From: Vermamoeba vermiformis
Taxonomy: Eukaryota
Direction: 5' to 3'
Length of the DNA stretch: 64,000 nucleotides
Assembly (NCBI GenBank): GCA_045837725.1
Contig: JBEWZL010000244.1
Location: forward strand, 248,001 to 312,000
Shown: positions 12,538 to 24,500 of the stretch, piece after piece
Position numbering within the stretch: position 1 is the first letter of the stretch
How the letters are laid out: the number at the start of each line of letters is the position of its first letter
The notes under the pieces: model-generated
The model's database searches: none
What the model was told of the DNA's origin: nothing
What the model saw: only the letters and a program-made list of their open reading frames with translations
Made by a program: the position numbers and the translations under genes

Positions 12538-14308
12538 ATGAGTTCTCCACAACAACAAAAGAAAAAACCAGAGCCATCTGAAGGTAATCACGAGTGATTG
12601 GATCGCGTTAGCCAATGGCATTTAATTTAATTAAAATAGTAAAAATATAGAATCACAATACTATACGATTAAACAAGTTTTTGACGTAATTGATAATTAC
12701 TAAATATAATCCTTTATTTTATTCAGAATAATTAACATCGTTTTTGCTCGTGTCTCAATAAGACCCAAGTGAATCACGTATAATTATATATTTATTAAAT
12801 AATATTACCATTAAAAGGCGCGGAAGATAAGCCCGTAACTGAGAAGACAGACAAAGCCGCGGCTGGCGCTAAAAAACAACAAGGTGAGGGCAAAGAGAAG
12901 CCACAACCAAAGAAAGACGACAAAGCGAAGAAAGACGGTGAGGGCAAAGAGAAGCCACAGCAGAAGAAAGAGGGCGAGCAGAAGAAGAACAACAACAACA
13001 ACAATGCAGCCAAGCAGAACAAGACCAAGCCAGCCCCTGCAGGAGGTGATGCATCCCAACCGCGTCGCAAGAAGAGCGAGGCCACACCAGCCCCTGCAGG
13101 AGCCAGTGACGGTCGCGGGGCACTGCAGTTTGATGACAACGAGCGCAGAAAGAAAGCTGTCAAAAAGCAGATCTTGGCACTCAAACCCGTCGCCAAACAA
13201 GTCGCGCTGTTCGGTCATTTGCCGCAATATGATCGCACCAGCAGCGCAGGTCCTGTGACCAGCTCGCAGCCCAGCCACGACGGACTGCACCCAGAGATTG
13301 TGCGCTTGGGCCTGACGTACGGTGATCGATCGCTGCTGGGCTCCTCAGCGCGCACAGTGGGCATGTTGACGGCATTCAAACAAGTGATTAGAGACTACAA
13401 GACCCCTCCTCAGAAGTCACTCGCTCTCGATCTCGACGCCAAGCTCAAGCCACTGATTCAATACTTGATTGACTGCAGACCTCTCGCGATTGGCATGGGC
13501 AATGCTATCAAGCACTTGAAGTCGCAGATTGGTCACACGATCAGCATGACAGAAGACGAGGCCAAAGAGTTTCTCATCGATGAGATTGATCGCTTCATTC
13601 AAGAGCGCATCATTGTCGCGGATCAACAGCTCACTGCATTCACATCGCAAAAGATCAACAACGGCGATGTCATTCTCACCTACGCAGGGTATGTATCAGC
13701 ATTGTAGCGTAGCTGTCTGTATTAACACTGCGCGCAGTTCACATGTGATTGAATTGGCTCTCAAAAAGGCCTATGACGAGGGCAAGAAGTTCAAAGTGAT
13801 TGTGGTTGACTCGCGACCCAAGTTTGAAGGCAAAGTGTTGTTGAAGCGACTCGTGCAGCACGGCATTCACTGCACGTACATCATGTTGAATGCGATCAGT
13901 TACATACTCAAAGAGGTCTCTAAAGTGCTCATTGGCGCGCATGCACTGCTCAGCAATGGGTCAGTGTTCAGTCGTGCCGGCACCTCTTTGATTGCAATGA
14001 TGGCACACCACTGCGATCACACTGTGCCCGTCATTGTGGCGACTGAAACATTCAAATTCGCTGAACGCGTGCAACTCGACTCAATTTGCTTCAATGAACT
14101 TGACGACCCTGACTACCTAAACATTACAAACCCTAATGAAAACTTACGTGATTGGAAGGATAACCCGCAGTTGAAATTGCTCAATTTGGTGTACGACGTA
14201 ACGCCGATCGAGTACATTGACGTCGTAATCACCGAGGTCGGTATGATTCCACCAACATCTGTACCTGTAGTTATTCGAGAATATCGCAAGGATCTGCCGT
14301 CACTATAA
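12538..14308 (+). CDS. EIF2B4: Translation initiation factor eIF2B delta subunit
   Basis: VALFGHLPQY, LHPEIVRLGL, CRPLAIGMGNAI, VVDSRPKFEG, ETFKFAERVQLDS and GMIPPTSVPVVIRE, preceded by a lysine-rich N-terminus. Confidence 0.95.
12883..12959 (+). repeat. 23-nt direct repeat inside the eIF2B-delta low-complexity N-terminus
   Basis: GGTGAGGGCAAAGAGAAGCCACA occurs at 12883-12905 and 12937-12959 and encodes GEGKEKPQ twice. Confidence 0.85.
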
Positions 14309-14452
14309 CATCTACGTAGCGAATAAATGGTTTGTTGAATTGAAATTTCGCGTCACGTGATCGAATTGTTGAGAATGAATTCAGCGCGGGTTGACGACTT
14401 GTGTGTGCTATTACTCTGTTATTCAGCGCCACATTATGGTAAAATCGGTGGA

Positions 14453-16234
14453 ATGAGTAATAGTTGGCAAGTTAATACTAACACAAGCCCCCCCGATCAT
14501 GGAGCTACAAAATGGAAAAACTTCATCAGCATTAGTGGGTTTTGTGTTAGCTTCCCTGAGGATTGGCATCAACTACAAGGTACAGAATACACGAGGTCCG
14601 ATGAATACGTGTTCTCTCCAACCCCAGGTAAGCTCACTGAATTTTAAAACATTTTTTTATAATTTTCAGATCCACGACGAATTTAATTGTAGATTACGGT
14701 AGAAAGCTGTTAATATAGCTAACATTTGAGTATTGATTTTTTGTAACTTCCTATGTTAGAGAAAAAAGATCTGCTCGTGCTGATCCAAGCGAAGAAAATG
14801 ACCGCAGATGTCACCCTGGAACAAGACATGTTGCGCTGCATTGAGGCAGTTCAAGCGCGGACAGATATATTTGACTTTTCTTTCGATACAACTGGCTACC
14901 TCAGCGAATTCAAAGCGAACAAGACGCGCTACAAGATGGTAAGTCGATCCAGATCCCGATCAGAACACTCGCTCACTCGCGGTGCAGGAGCTGAATGGTC
15001 GCGTAATTGAATGCATGACTATATGGACCTTTCACAACAAGCTGGTCTATCAAGTGGGGGTGGAGTGGGAAGATGTCTCGCTCGTTGACCGGTCGCGCAA
15101 CATCATCGAGAGCATCGTGCAGAGCTTTGTGCTCGTCACTGTGCCGCGCAAGTTGCGACTGCTGACACACGTCGAGCGCGACACCTTGTTCGTGGTGCGC
15201 ATGCCGAGCTTCATGATCCCAGCTGCAGTGCCCAAGCGCAAGAACGGACCAGTGCTGAGCGAGCGCTATTCGTATCACTCGCGCACGCAGCGCATGGAGA
15301 TGATGATCAGCGTCAGCGTGGAGGAGTTGCGCGACATGTACGATCTCGATGACTACGGAGATTTGCTGCTGCTGCAACTCGAGAAGATGTTGCCTAATAA
15401 GGAAACACGCGTCAATATGCGCAGATGTCGCTTGGACGTAGAACCAGCGCGCTGTGTGCAATTCAGCACGCCTCGAGGGGACATCTACGTGCAGGTACGT
15501 GATTGGCTGACTCGGCGATGAGGACTCACTCGTTCATGAACAGGTGTTCGCTATTCGCAACAACAAGGTGTACATGGTGACATTTAACGCCACGGGGGTT
15601 GCAGATCTCGAAGTCAAAGACCGTTGCTACTTGTTGTTTGAGCGCGTCTTGTCTTCTTTCAGATTCCTCGCAGACAGTGAGTGGTCTTTGCAGTTATGTT
15701 AAGTTCACTAAACTAACGCCGCGATTAGACGAAGTTGAGCGCGAACAGAACGAAGCGGCGCTCGAAGTGCATTACGAGGACTTGGTGCACAAGTGCGGCT
15801 TCAAGTGGCGCCGCGATGACTATGTGCAGCTCGATGGCTTTGAAGACCACGTGTTTCATTTGGTGCAGAAGCCAAGCGATGCGCTCACCATCGCAGAGGA
15901 CGCAGCGTATTTTATTTTGACTGCCTCGCAGGGCGTGGACAAAACAGCCATGAAGCTCGAGGACTTGGCCGCGCTGTTCAAACAACTCAATCAAGCGCAC
16001 TTTGGCTCTCGAGGGCGCACTGTGCAGCACGAAGTCGATGATCACTCGCAGTTGGCAGGACTCGCTGCTCGGCGCTGGGTCCTCTCTGCTGGTGAGGAGA
16101 AATGTTTGCAGAAATTTGCGCTGCTGACTGGCAATGGCTGGGTGAGTTTGTTTTTCAACACAACAGCGCAGCACTGGGATGAACAATTCAGGCAAATATC
16201 GCGGTACTTTGATTCATTCTATTTGTTTAAATAA
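14453..16234 (+). CDS. Uncharacterised protein with about three tandem PsbP/Mog1/DUF1795-like domains
   Basis: Repeating units start with FCVSFPEDW-like strands and end in IWTFHNKLVYQV, VFAIRNNKVYMVTF and FALLTGNGWVSLFFNT..YFDSF. Confidence 0.55.
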
Positions 16235-16310
16235 TACTTGTATATATGCGACGAACCATGTAAAATAATGAAGCATTCAAAATTGAACCTTTATTCACTT
16301 GACAAGAGCT

Positions 16311-18435
16311 CTATTGTCTCATGTAAGGATAGGCGAAGTGAGTGGGGGGCACGAAGGTCTCTTTGATGGCTCGGCAAGAGATCCAGCGCAACAAGTTGAG
16401 CTTGGAGCCAGCTTTGTCGTTAGTACCTGAGGCACGAGCACCACCGAAGGGTTGTTGACCAACTACAGCACCAGTGGGCTTGTCGTTAATGTAGAAGTTA
16501 CCAGCAGCGTTCTCGAGAATGTCAGAGGCCACGCGAATGATCTCACGGTCACGCGCGAAGAAAGCACCAGTGAGGGCGTAGGGTGAAGTTTGATCGCAGA
16601 TCTTGAGTGTCTCAATGAACTTGTCGTCCTCGTAGACGTAGAGAGTCAAGACAGGGGCAAAGATCTCTTCTTGCATCAACTTGTTGAGCGGATTGGTGGT
16701 CACAACAATGGTGGGCTCGATGAAGTAGCCAACAGAGTCGTCGCACTTGCCACCAGAGATAATTTCACACTCGCTGTTGTCACGTGCGAATTCAATGTAC
16801 TTCTTGGTGTTCTCGAATGAACGGCGGTGAATGACGGCATTGACGAACACATCGGCCTCTTCAGGATTGCCCATCTTGACCTCGCGCATCATGGACAACA
16901 TGTACTCCTTGACTTGCGGCCAAATGGACTTGGGAATGTAGCCCTGTGCGTGCCAGTCAGTACCAGTGCTGATGAATCACGTGCTAATGTGACTCAATAT
17001 CACTGTTGCAGTACTTACGCGAGAGGCAGCGGAGCACTTCTGACCGGCGTATTCGAATGCACCGCGGACGAGGGCAGTGGCCAGCTCTTGCACGCCAGCA
17101 GTGTTGTGCGCGAAGATGAAGTCTTTGCCGCCCGTCTCACCGACAATGCGCGGGTAGTTCTTGTAGTTGTGAATGTTGTCGCCAATCGACTTCCAAATGT
17201 CGCGGAAGATCTGCGTGGAGCCAGTGTAGTGAATGCCTGCAAAGAGGTGGTGTTTGATGCACGAGGTGGTGATCAGTTCGGGGTCACCAGGCACAAAGTT
17301 GATGACGCCATCGGGCAGACCAGCCTCCTTGAACATTTTCATCAAGTAGTACGCCGAGTAGATGGCGTATTGAGCGGGCTTCCACACGACGACATTGCCC
17401 ATGATGGCGGGGGATGTGGGCAAGTTGCCAGCAATCGAAGTGAAGTTGAAGGGCGTGATCGCGTAAACGAATCCTTCGAGAGGTCTGAACGAGGTACGAT
17501 TCCAGACACCTTTGGAAGAGATGGGCTGATCCTCGTAGATCTCTTCGGCGAATCTGCAGGCATATTAGCAACGACTGATATATAGCGCTGTGGCTGTACG
17601 TACTTGCAGTTGAATCTGAAGAAGTCGATCAACTCGCAGGCAGAGTCAATTTCAGCTTGGAACATGTTCTTGGATTGACCCAACTGTAGTATTAATGTAT
17701 GATTAGTATTGTAATGAAAGGTGCTATTTAAGAAAAACAATGCGAAATCTGGATCTTTAACGAAGGGACACGAGGATCGGATGTCATTTTACTCCACCTA
17801 TTGTCATATAATAGAGTGTACTAATTATGACCAACGTACCATAGTTGAGGCGTTCAAGATTTGACGATAAGGACCGGCAAGCAGATCTGCCATCTTAAGG
17901 AAAATAGCAAATCTATCTTCGTTGGGCATCTTAGCCCATGTCTCTTGGGCCTATTAATACAACAACTAATTAGTATTGTCGACATTAATATTGCAAGAGC
18001 AGTTAGCTAATTCAATCGATTATTGCGTTTTATGAAATATTTTCTAAAATAAGAAACAATATTGCAACAACAACCTTATGAATAGTAACACTCAGATAAG
18101 GGCATAATAATATTAATGAGTGTACACTCTATCTAAGCTAGCTTAGTAACGCTGAGTTCACGTACCTTAACGCAGCCTTCGATCGCAGCTTGGATCTCCT
18201 TAGCACCAGCCTTGTGATAAGTAGCCAACACGTGCTTGTGTTCGTGAGGGATGCGCACTTCACCAGTCACACCAGTGCGAATCTCTTGGCCGTTGATAAT
18301 GATGGGGATGTCGATCACCTTGGAGCGCATCTCCTTCAACGTCTTCTCGAGTTCAACCCGTTCCGGGCTGCCCTTCATATAGCCCAAGACAGGCTCGTTC
18401 ACGGGAGTAGGCACGTTAGTTCTGCTGCCGATCAT
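16311..18435 (-). CDS. Delta-1-pyrroline-5-carboxylate dehydrogenase (ALDH4/PruA type)
   Basis: NEPVLGY, FQAEIDSACELIDF, GETGGKDF, AFEYAGQKCSAASR, EEIFAPV and NFYINDKPTGAVVGQQPFGGARASGTNDKAGS. Confidence 0.95.
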
Positions 18436-18596
18436 TGTTGATTGTTCGATCGAAAAACACGAAATGGACGCTTCTCGATACCACAGACTTATGGACCACG
18501 TCACGTGACTGCAATATTTAAAATGTGATGACAGAACCAGGAAAGAGCTGTTAGAGTAAATTCGCTTATTAATTACAATTTGGAATTATGTTACAA

Positions 18597-21500
18597 TTAA
18601 GGACTCTCTTCGAAGTTCTGTAATGGCTTGGCTGGCACGTTGAAGAACAGAGTCAGCTTGTTAATACTACAAAGGTGATTAGTTTGATATGATTAAGCAC
18701 ACTAGGTGATCCAAATATACGTACAATAGATCGCGATCTGGAGCGATGAACAAAAACTTGGTCTGGCCATACAGAGGCACCTTGGAGTGCACAATGAAAG
18801 TAGTCTCCGGTGTGGTGGGCACTATGACCTCCAATATATCGTTGGTTGGTATTGATTTAGGCATGTACTCGGGACGAGTCTGAAGTCTTCAAGTCAGTAC
18901 GCAGAACAGATCCGCAGCATGTATTCAGCACTCACCAATTTCGGCACAGAGAGAATGTACAATGACTTGAGAGTGAGCAACAACACTCTGTCACTCACGC
19001 GGCCATAATGATTGATCACTTTGACGCGATCCTGCGCGAACAACTTCTCGTTGTTGTCTTTGAGCCAGCGATCGATCACTTCTTCTTCATTGGTCTGCGG
19101 ACCTGTCAGAGGCTTGCGCTGCTGATGCGAGCGTGTGAGCATGAGATTGCCGCGGCCGAGTGACTGCAGCACACCCTCAAATATCTTCGAGGTGAAGTCG
19201 AGCACGCCACCAATGGGCTTCAACACCACACCTAGCGCGCCGGCACCCAGTCCTTGGAAGAAGCCGGTCACTCCTTCTTCTTGGGCCCCGCGATAGGACA
19301 CGAGACACACTGACGACGCTGCACCCCAGAGACCGCGGAGCAGTTCAGTGCCGCCCTGAATGAGTCCGTCGAGTGCGTCGACTGGATGGCGTCTGTTGAC
19401 ACGCGCTTTGATGTCGAGGTACTGGTCGTCGAGTGTGCCCCAGTGCACCAGCCACGAGATGGCATTGATTAGCTTCATCAGTCTGTCAAAAGAGTCAGTA
19501 CGAGTCACTCGTTGACACGTGTCAAGTTGAGGTACGTACGTTGTAAAGACAAAATCGGCTAAATTTAGCAACAAACTGCGTGTACCGCGCGCAGCACCGA
19601 ACAAGAACGCACCTGGCGTGTCGTCGAGTACAAGACTGTCACGTGATTAGTATTTCCTAATTAGGCAATGCTGTACCATACCTCTCGACGGGCATCAAGA
19701 AGAAGTCCTTGAAGCCCATGAACAATTTGCGCGCGTTCTGAATCGGACTGGCAATGACGTCCATGTTGCCAATGATCTGATAGAGCTCAGTCCACACGAA
19801 CTTGAAGTACGACGAGGCAATGAACTGCATCAGACTCGCCATCGTGTGGTACAGACTCGAGCGTTGAAAGCTCGGCAGCGACAGACGCGCTTCAGAGCTG
19901 TGACACGTGTCAATGAGTGCACTGCAACACAAAGAGACAGTCTCAGTACGTACATGACAGGCAAGTAGTAGTTGTTGGCACCGATCGAGATGGTGATGTC
20001 GAGTGGGAAGATGTCAATCTTGTCGACGTAGATGGCACTGTTGTTGGCAGCTTGCGTGATGAAGTGATCGAGGTTCATGTTCGTCACGTTGTAGTTCTGC
20101 AGCATGGCTTTCATGCGCGCCTGTTCATCGTCCTCTTCCACTGCATGACACGTGTCAGTCAGTCAGTGGAGCAGTTAGATGAGATTACGTACCATTATCG
20201 GCCTTGGGATTGAGATAGCCCTTGAGCTGCATGATGGCATCGAGCGCATCGCCATCGAGCTGCAAGAACAGCGGCAACAGACGAGCACCGAGGTACTGCA
20301 CAATGGTGTGCTTGTCGCGCACTGACCACTCCACCAGGGCCTCGAGCAAGTTGGGCTTGATGCTGTGCAGTGTGCGGCGATCAGTGGTGAACAGCACGGG
20401 GTACTCGGCAGTCTTGAACATGGTGTCAATCTCGAGCTCGTGCACGGTGAGATAGACGTAGTACTGATAGCTGCTCATCTTGGACAGCTCCATGTTGATC
20501 TCCGTGATGGTCGTGTACAGCGCCTCTCGCGTGCTGCTCTGATCCATGATGCAAATGTCAAACTGAGGCACGCGCAGATTGACGCGCAGCACTTCAGTGG
20601 CGGTGTTGAGTGGTGCCACTGAGCCGTCTTCTTTGCGCGTGGGCAGCGAGAAGGTCAAGATCTTCGTGTTGCCGCGCGTGATGACGGAGAGCAGCAGCGA
20701 CTGGCCGTGCTCCTGCTTGTCTTCATCGTCTGCGTGGCGATGATTGCCCATGCTGATCTTGGACGCAGCAGTGGATCGTTCACTCAGTGGCGGGGCAGTG
20801 CTGTCATCGAGCTCGTCAAATTGCACCACAAATTCACCGAGTCGCTCAATGTTGAAGGGCTGACTCCACTGATTGCCGCGCTCAGTCAGCAGCGAGGTGT
20901 ACTTGTCTATCTGACTGCGCCGTGTTTGAATGGACTGGCGCAAGTTGAGTTGTGGCACCAGTGCGCTGCTGCTCAGTGTGCGCTCGTGCTTGGCAGGGGT
21001 AGAGCGACGTGTTGGTGGTGTGCTGTACTGTCCTGGCTGCGGCACGTGTCTGTTGCGCCGCACTGACGAGCTGGGAGTGATGTTGATGACCTCGCCACTG
21101 CGCGCTAGTGTGTTGCGCTTGATGCTGCCACTGCTGTTGTTGCGCGAGTGACCGGGCTGAAAGACATTGGTGTTGTTGCTTGCATCAGGCTCGATTTCAC
21201 TGAAGGACTCGTCATCGAGCAGCAGACTGTCCTCGCCGCCAGCATCGCTAGTGTGGCCCGAGCCATTGGCACGACTGCGCGGTGTGAGTGCGACATCGTT
21301 GTTGGCGAGTTCAAGTGCAGCTTGGAACATGAGCGTGTTGAGTATCGAACTCGCTCTGCGCTGTCGCTTCTTCTTCTTCTTGCGCTCTTGTGCAGCCTCT
21401 TCAGCACTCTTGTCGTGTGCCTGTTGCGTCAGACCGTCATCGTACCACTCCGCACTGCCGCGCGGTTCCACGACAATGAGTGGTGGCGGATCAAACAAGC

Positions 21501-24500
21501 TGTCTGGGCCTGAATTGAGTGCGGGACTCGTGCCACCTTCACTGCGACTGCGACGATGACCGCCAGACGAGGGAGTGCCGAGCAGTGGCACTTTGTCGTT
21601 CTTGTCGCGGTACTCGGCCTCGTGCTGCTCCTCGTCCTGCACGCCATTCATGTTGAGTGCAGGGGCGTTGAAGAGAGCAGGCCGCAGCTTGAGATTGAAG
21701 GGCGTGTTGTTGTAGATCAGATAGGGCGGCGTCACATTCTCCGTGAAGCAGATGTACACGCCCTTCTCGTCTTTCTCCACGGCAATGTCTGCGATGAAGT
21801 ACTGCGTGAAGGAGGTCAGGTTGTTGATCTTCTTGGTGAATCGGCCCACTTTGTCGATCTTGAACGGCACGTAGTCCCACTCTTCGTAGCTCAGCGCGGG
21901 TCCATTGTCACGTGCCTGTTGTTGTTGCGAGACACTGAGCTCGAGGCGTGCAGGGGCAATCGCGCTGTCCACGAGCGAGTTCTTCTTCAACAACAGCGTG
22001 TTCGTGCGCGTGCCCTCAGTGCCCGAGTTGAATCTGATCACGAGATCGCGATTGGTCTGATTCGTGAAGTGCAACCGACTGCGCCAAATGACGACGCGAC
22101 TGAAGGCATCTAACTGCTTGACTTCCATCATGAGATCGTAGCTGAGCTGAATGTCTTTGATTGTAATGTTGATGCGGTTCACTGACGGCTGCGAGATGTT
22201 GATGGCACGACTCCACGCCGTATCTGCGACTTTGACTTGCAGCTGACGTGCCCCGAACTACATTATGTACTGGTTAGTATTCGCGTACTGCGAGTGCAGG
22301 GTGCTGACCTTGAGCCAACTGAACGGTGCTTTGGTGTGCGGCAGAATGGCTACTTCTTCGCGCGTACCTCGCTGTCTCACGAACAGTGGCTAGTTATCGA
22401 TGCACGTTAGTTGCCATATATGGTAATACCATTCATGAACACTCACCAAATCGGTCTCATTGATCAGCAAGTACTTGGTGTTGACGTACATGGTTCTGGC
22501 CCTGGCAGAATGGTCGTTAAGTACTGTTAATATGCACCTATCTGCACGTACTCTCGCGAGGCCAAGCGGTGCTGATTGAACACATTCAAGTAGACGAGAC
22601 TCTTGTCTTGATCGCGATGCACATCTTTCTTGTTCTCGAGGGTCGTGCGCTGCAAGTAGTGCACGGGAATGGGTCGAGAATAGCGGTCATAGCCCTCGAG
22701 CTTGAATGCCACCGTCTGATTGGGCTGCGCAGGGTCAAAGTAGAACGCTTGCTGCGAATTGGCGGGAATGGTCAGGTCAAAGCGACGATTGTGCGGGAAA
22801 TCACAGGCGAGCGGGAAGACCGAGAGGTTCTGAATGATGAACGGTGCGGTGAAGTTGATGCGCACCAGGGTGGGGTTGGTCGGGTCTGAGATGTAGGTCA
22901 TGAAGAGCACGCGTTGTGCGCTCTGATCGACACTCGTGATGGTCAACTTCTGCGTCACATCGCGGTCACGGAACTGCGCGGAGTGTGTTAGTAGTGGCAG
23001 CGGTATTACGGGGATCTAATACTTACTCGACGGATGGAGGGCATGACAAAGTTGTCGCTGAAGTCCCAGTCAATGTGGTCGTTACACCGCACTGCGAATT
23101 GCATCTCCCACAGCTAACTGTGTGTTAATAGCAGCACTTCCAAATATGGCAATACCACGTACCTGACTGCAGCAGATGGGCACACTCGTGCCTGGTTCAA
23201 TGGTGTAGGTCTGTGTGGGCAAGTTCTTGTCACTGCAGCTATAATTAGCTACAAGTCGAATGAAATTTCATCTCCGATTGTGAGACGTACCTCCACCAGG
23301 TCATGAGTTCGAGACAGAGGTCGGTCTCGTTGTGCACTTGATGGCTGGCAATCAGCTCGACGTAGCGCTTGAGTCCCTTGGGCTTGACATTGACAATAAT
23401 GTCGCGCGTCAGTTGCGGATTGTGCTCTTGTTGTATGGTCATCACACTGCTCGAGGGCTCGTCCACTGCCAGGGCCTTGTTGGTCTGTTGCCAGCCACTG
23501 AGCTTGATGGACAGCAGCTTGGGCAGGTACGGATTGGTGAAGTTGAACGAGGCCTCTTCACCTGGGGCCAGCACTTTGATGTCTGCAGTCTTGGCCTGGT
23601 GATAGAGCACTTGCGACTCGGTCTTGTTGGAGAGAATGTACTGGAAGTGCGAGTGATCGTCGCTGCGGTGATTCAAGTAGAGCTGATAGATCTCAATCAA
23701 GTGGCGCAACAGCTCTTTGGTCACGCGCACCACCACCTTGTCGAGCACCACCACTTCGAGACTGAGGCGCGACTGCTTCTTGGTCCTGCGCTCAGTGTCG
23801 TTGAGTGTGCCGTTGAGCGAGGGACGACTCGACATTTGCGGTGACTCGCCGATCTCTTCGTCGAGCAGCACGCCTGCACCATTGTCGACACTCAGGAAGT
23901 CGAGTTGTGTGGAACTCGCGCTCTCAAAGTCACTCGCGGGCTCAGGGTCATCGAGCTCAGTGATCTTGTTCGAGAGGCGCGCTTTGACTGCAAAGTGCAT
24001 GTCATCAATGAACTGCTCGGGCATCATGAAGCTGAGGTTGTTGACCATGGCTTCAAACTTGGCGGACATATTCACCTCGGTGAACTCTTCGTACATGTTC
24101 GCGGTCACATCCACGCCCTGGTCGAGTCATTAGCACGTGTTCTATATACAGCGCATAGATGCTCGCATACCTTGAAGTACAAGTAGAACAGCTCCAGTTC
24201 AGCGACATAATCGCTGACAATCGTCAAATTGACACTGCGCACACTGAGTTCAATCACTTTGTCCACAAATGGGCCTTTGTTCGCCGGTTCAATCGAGCTG
24301 TTCGGATCTGATTGCAAACTCTTCATGAACTGTTCCACGTACTGCTGCACAATGCCAATGCTCGTCTGATACTTTTGCAGCGAGATGACGCCTGCAAATG
24401 TGTCGATGATGGTCTCAATGTGCACAAAATTGGGCCGCGAATAAATGTTGACCTCGCAGGTGAGTGGCTTCAACACGTCCAGGGACTGCAGCACACGCGA

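Noticed and set aside
938-18435. PLPBP plus a proline-pathway gene, echoing the bacterial yggS-proC linkage
   Set aside because: The enzyme is P5C dehydrogenase rather than the reductase, and it is 14 kb away with unrelated genes between.
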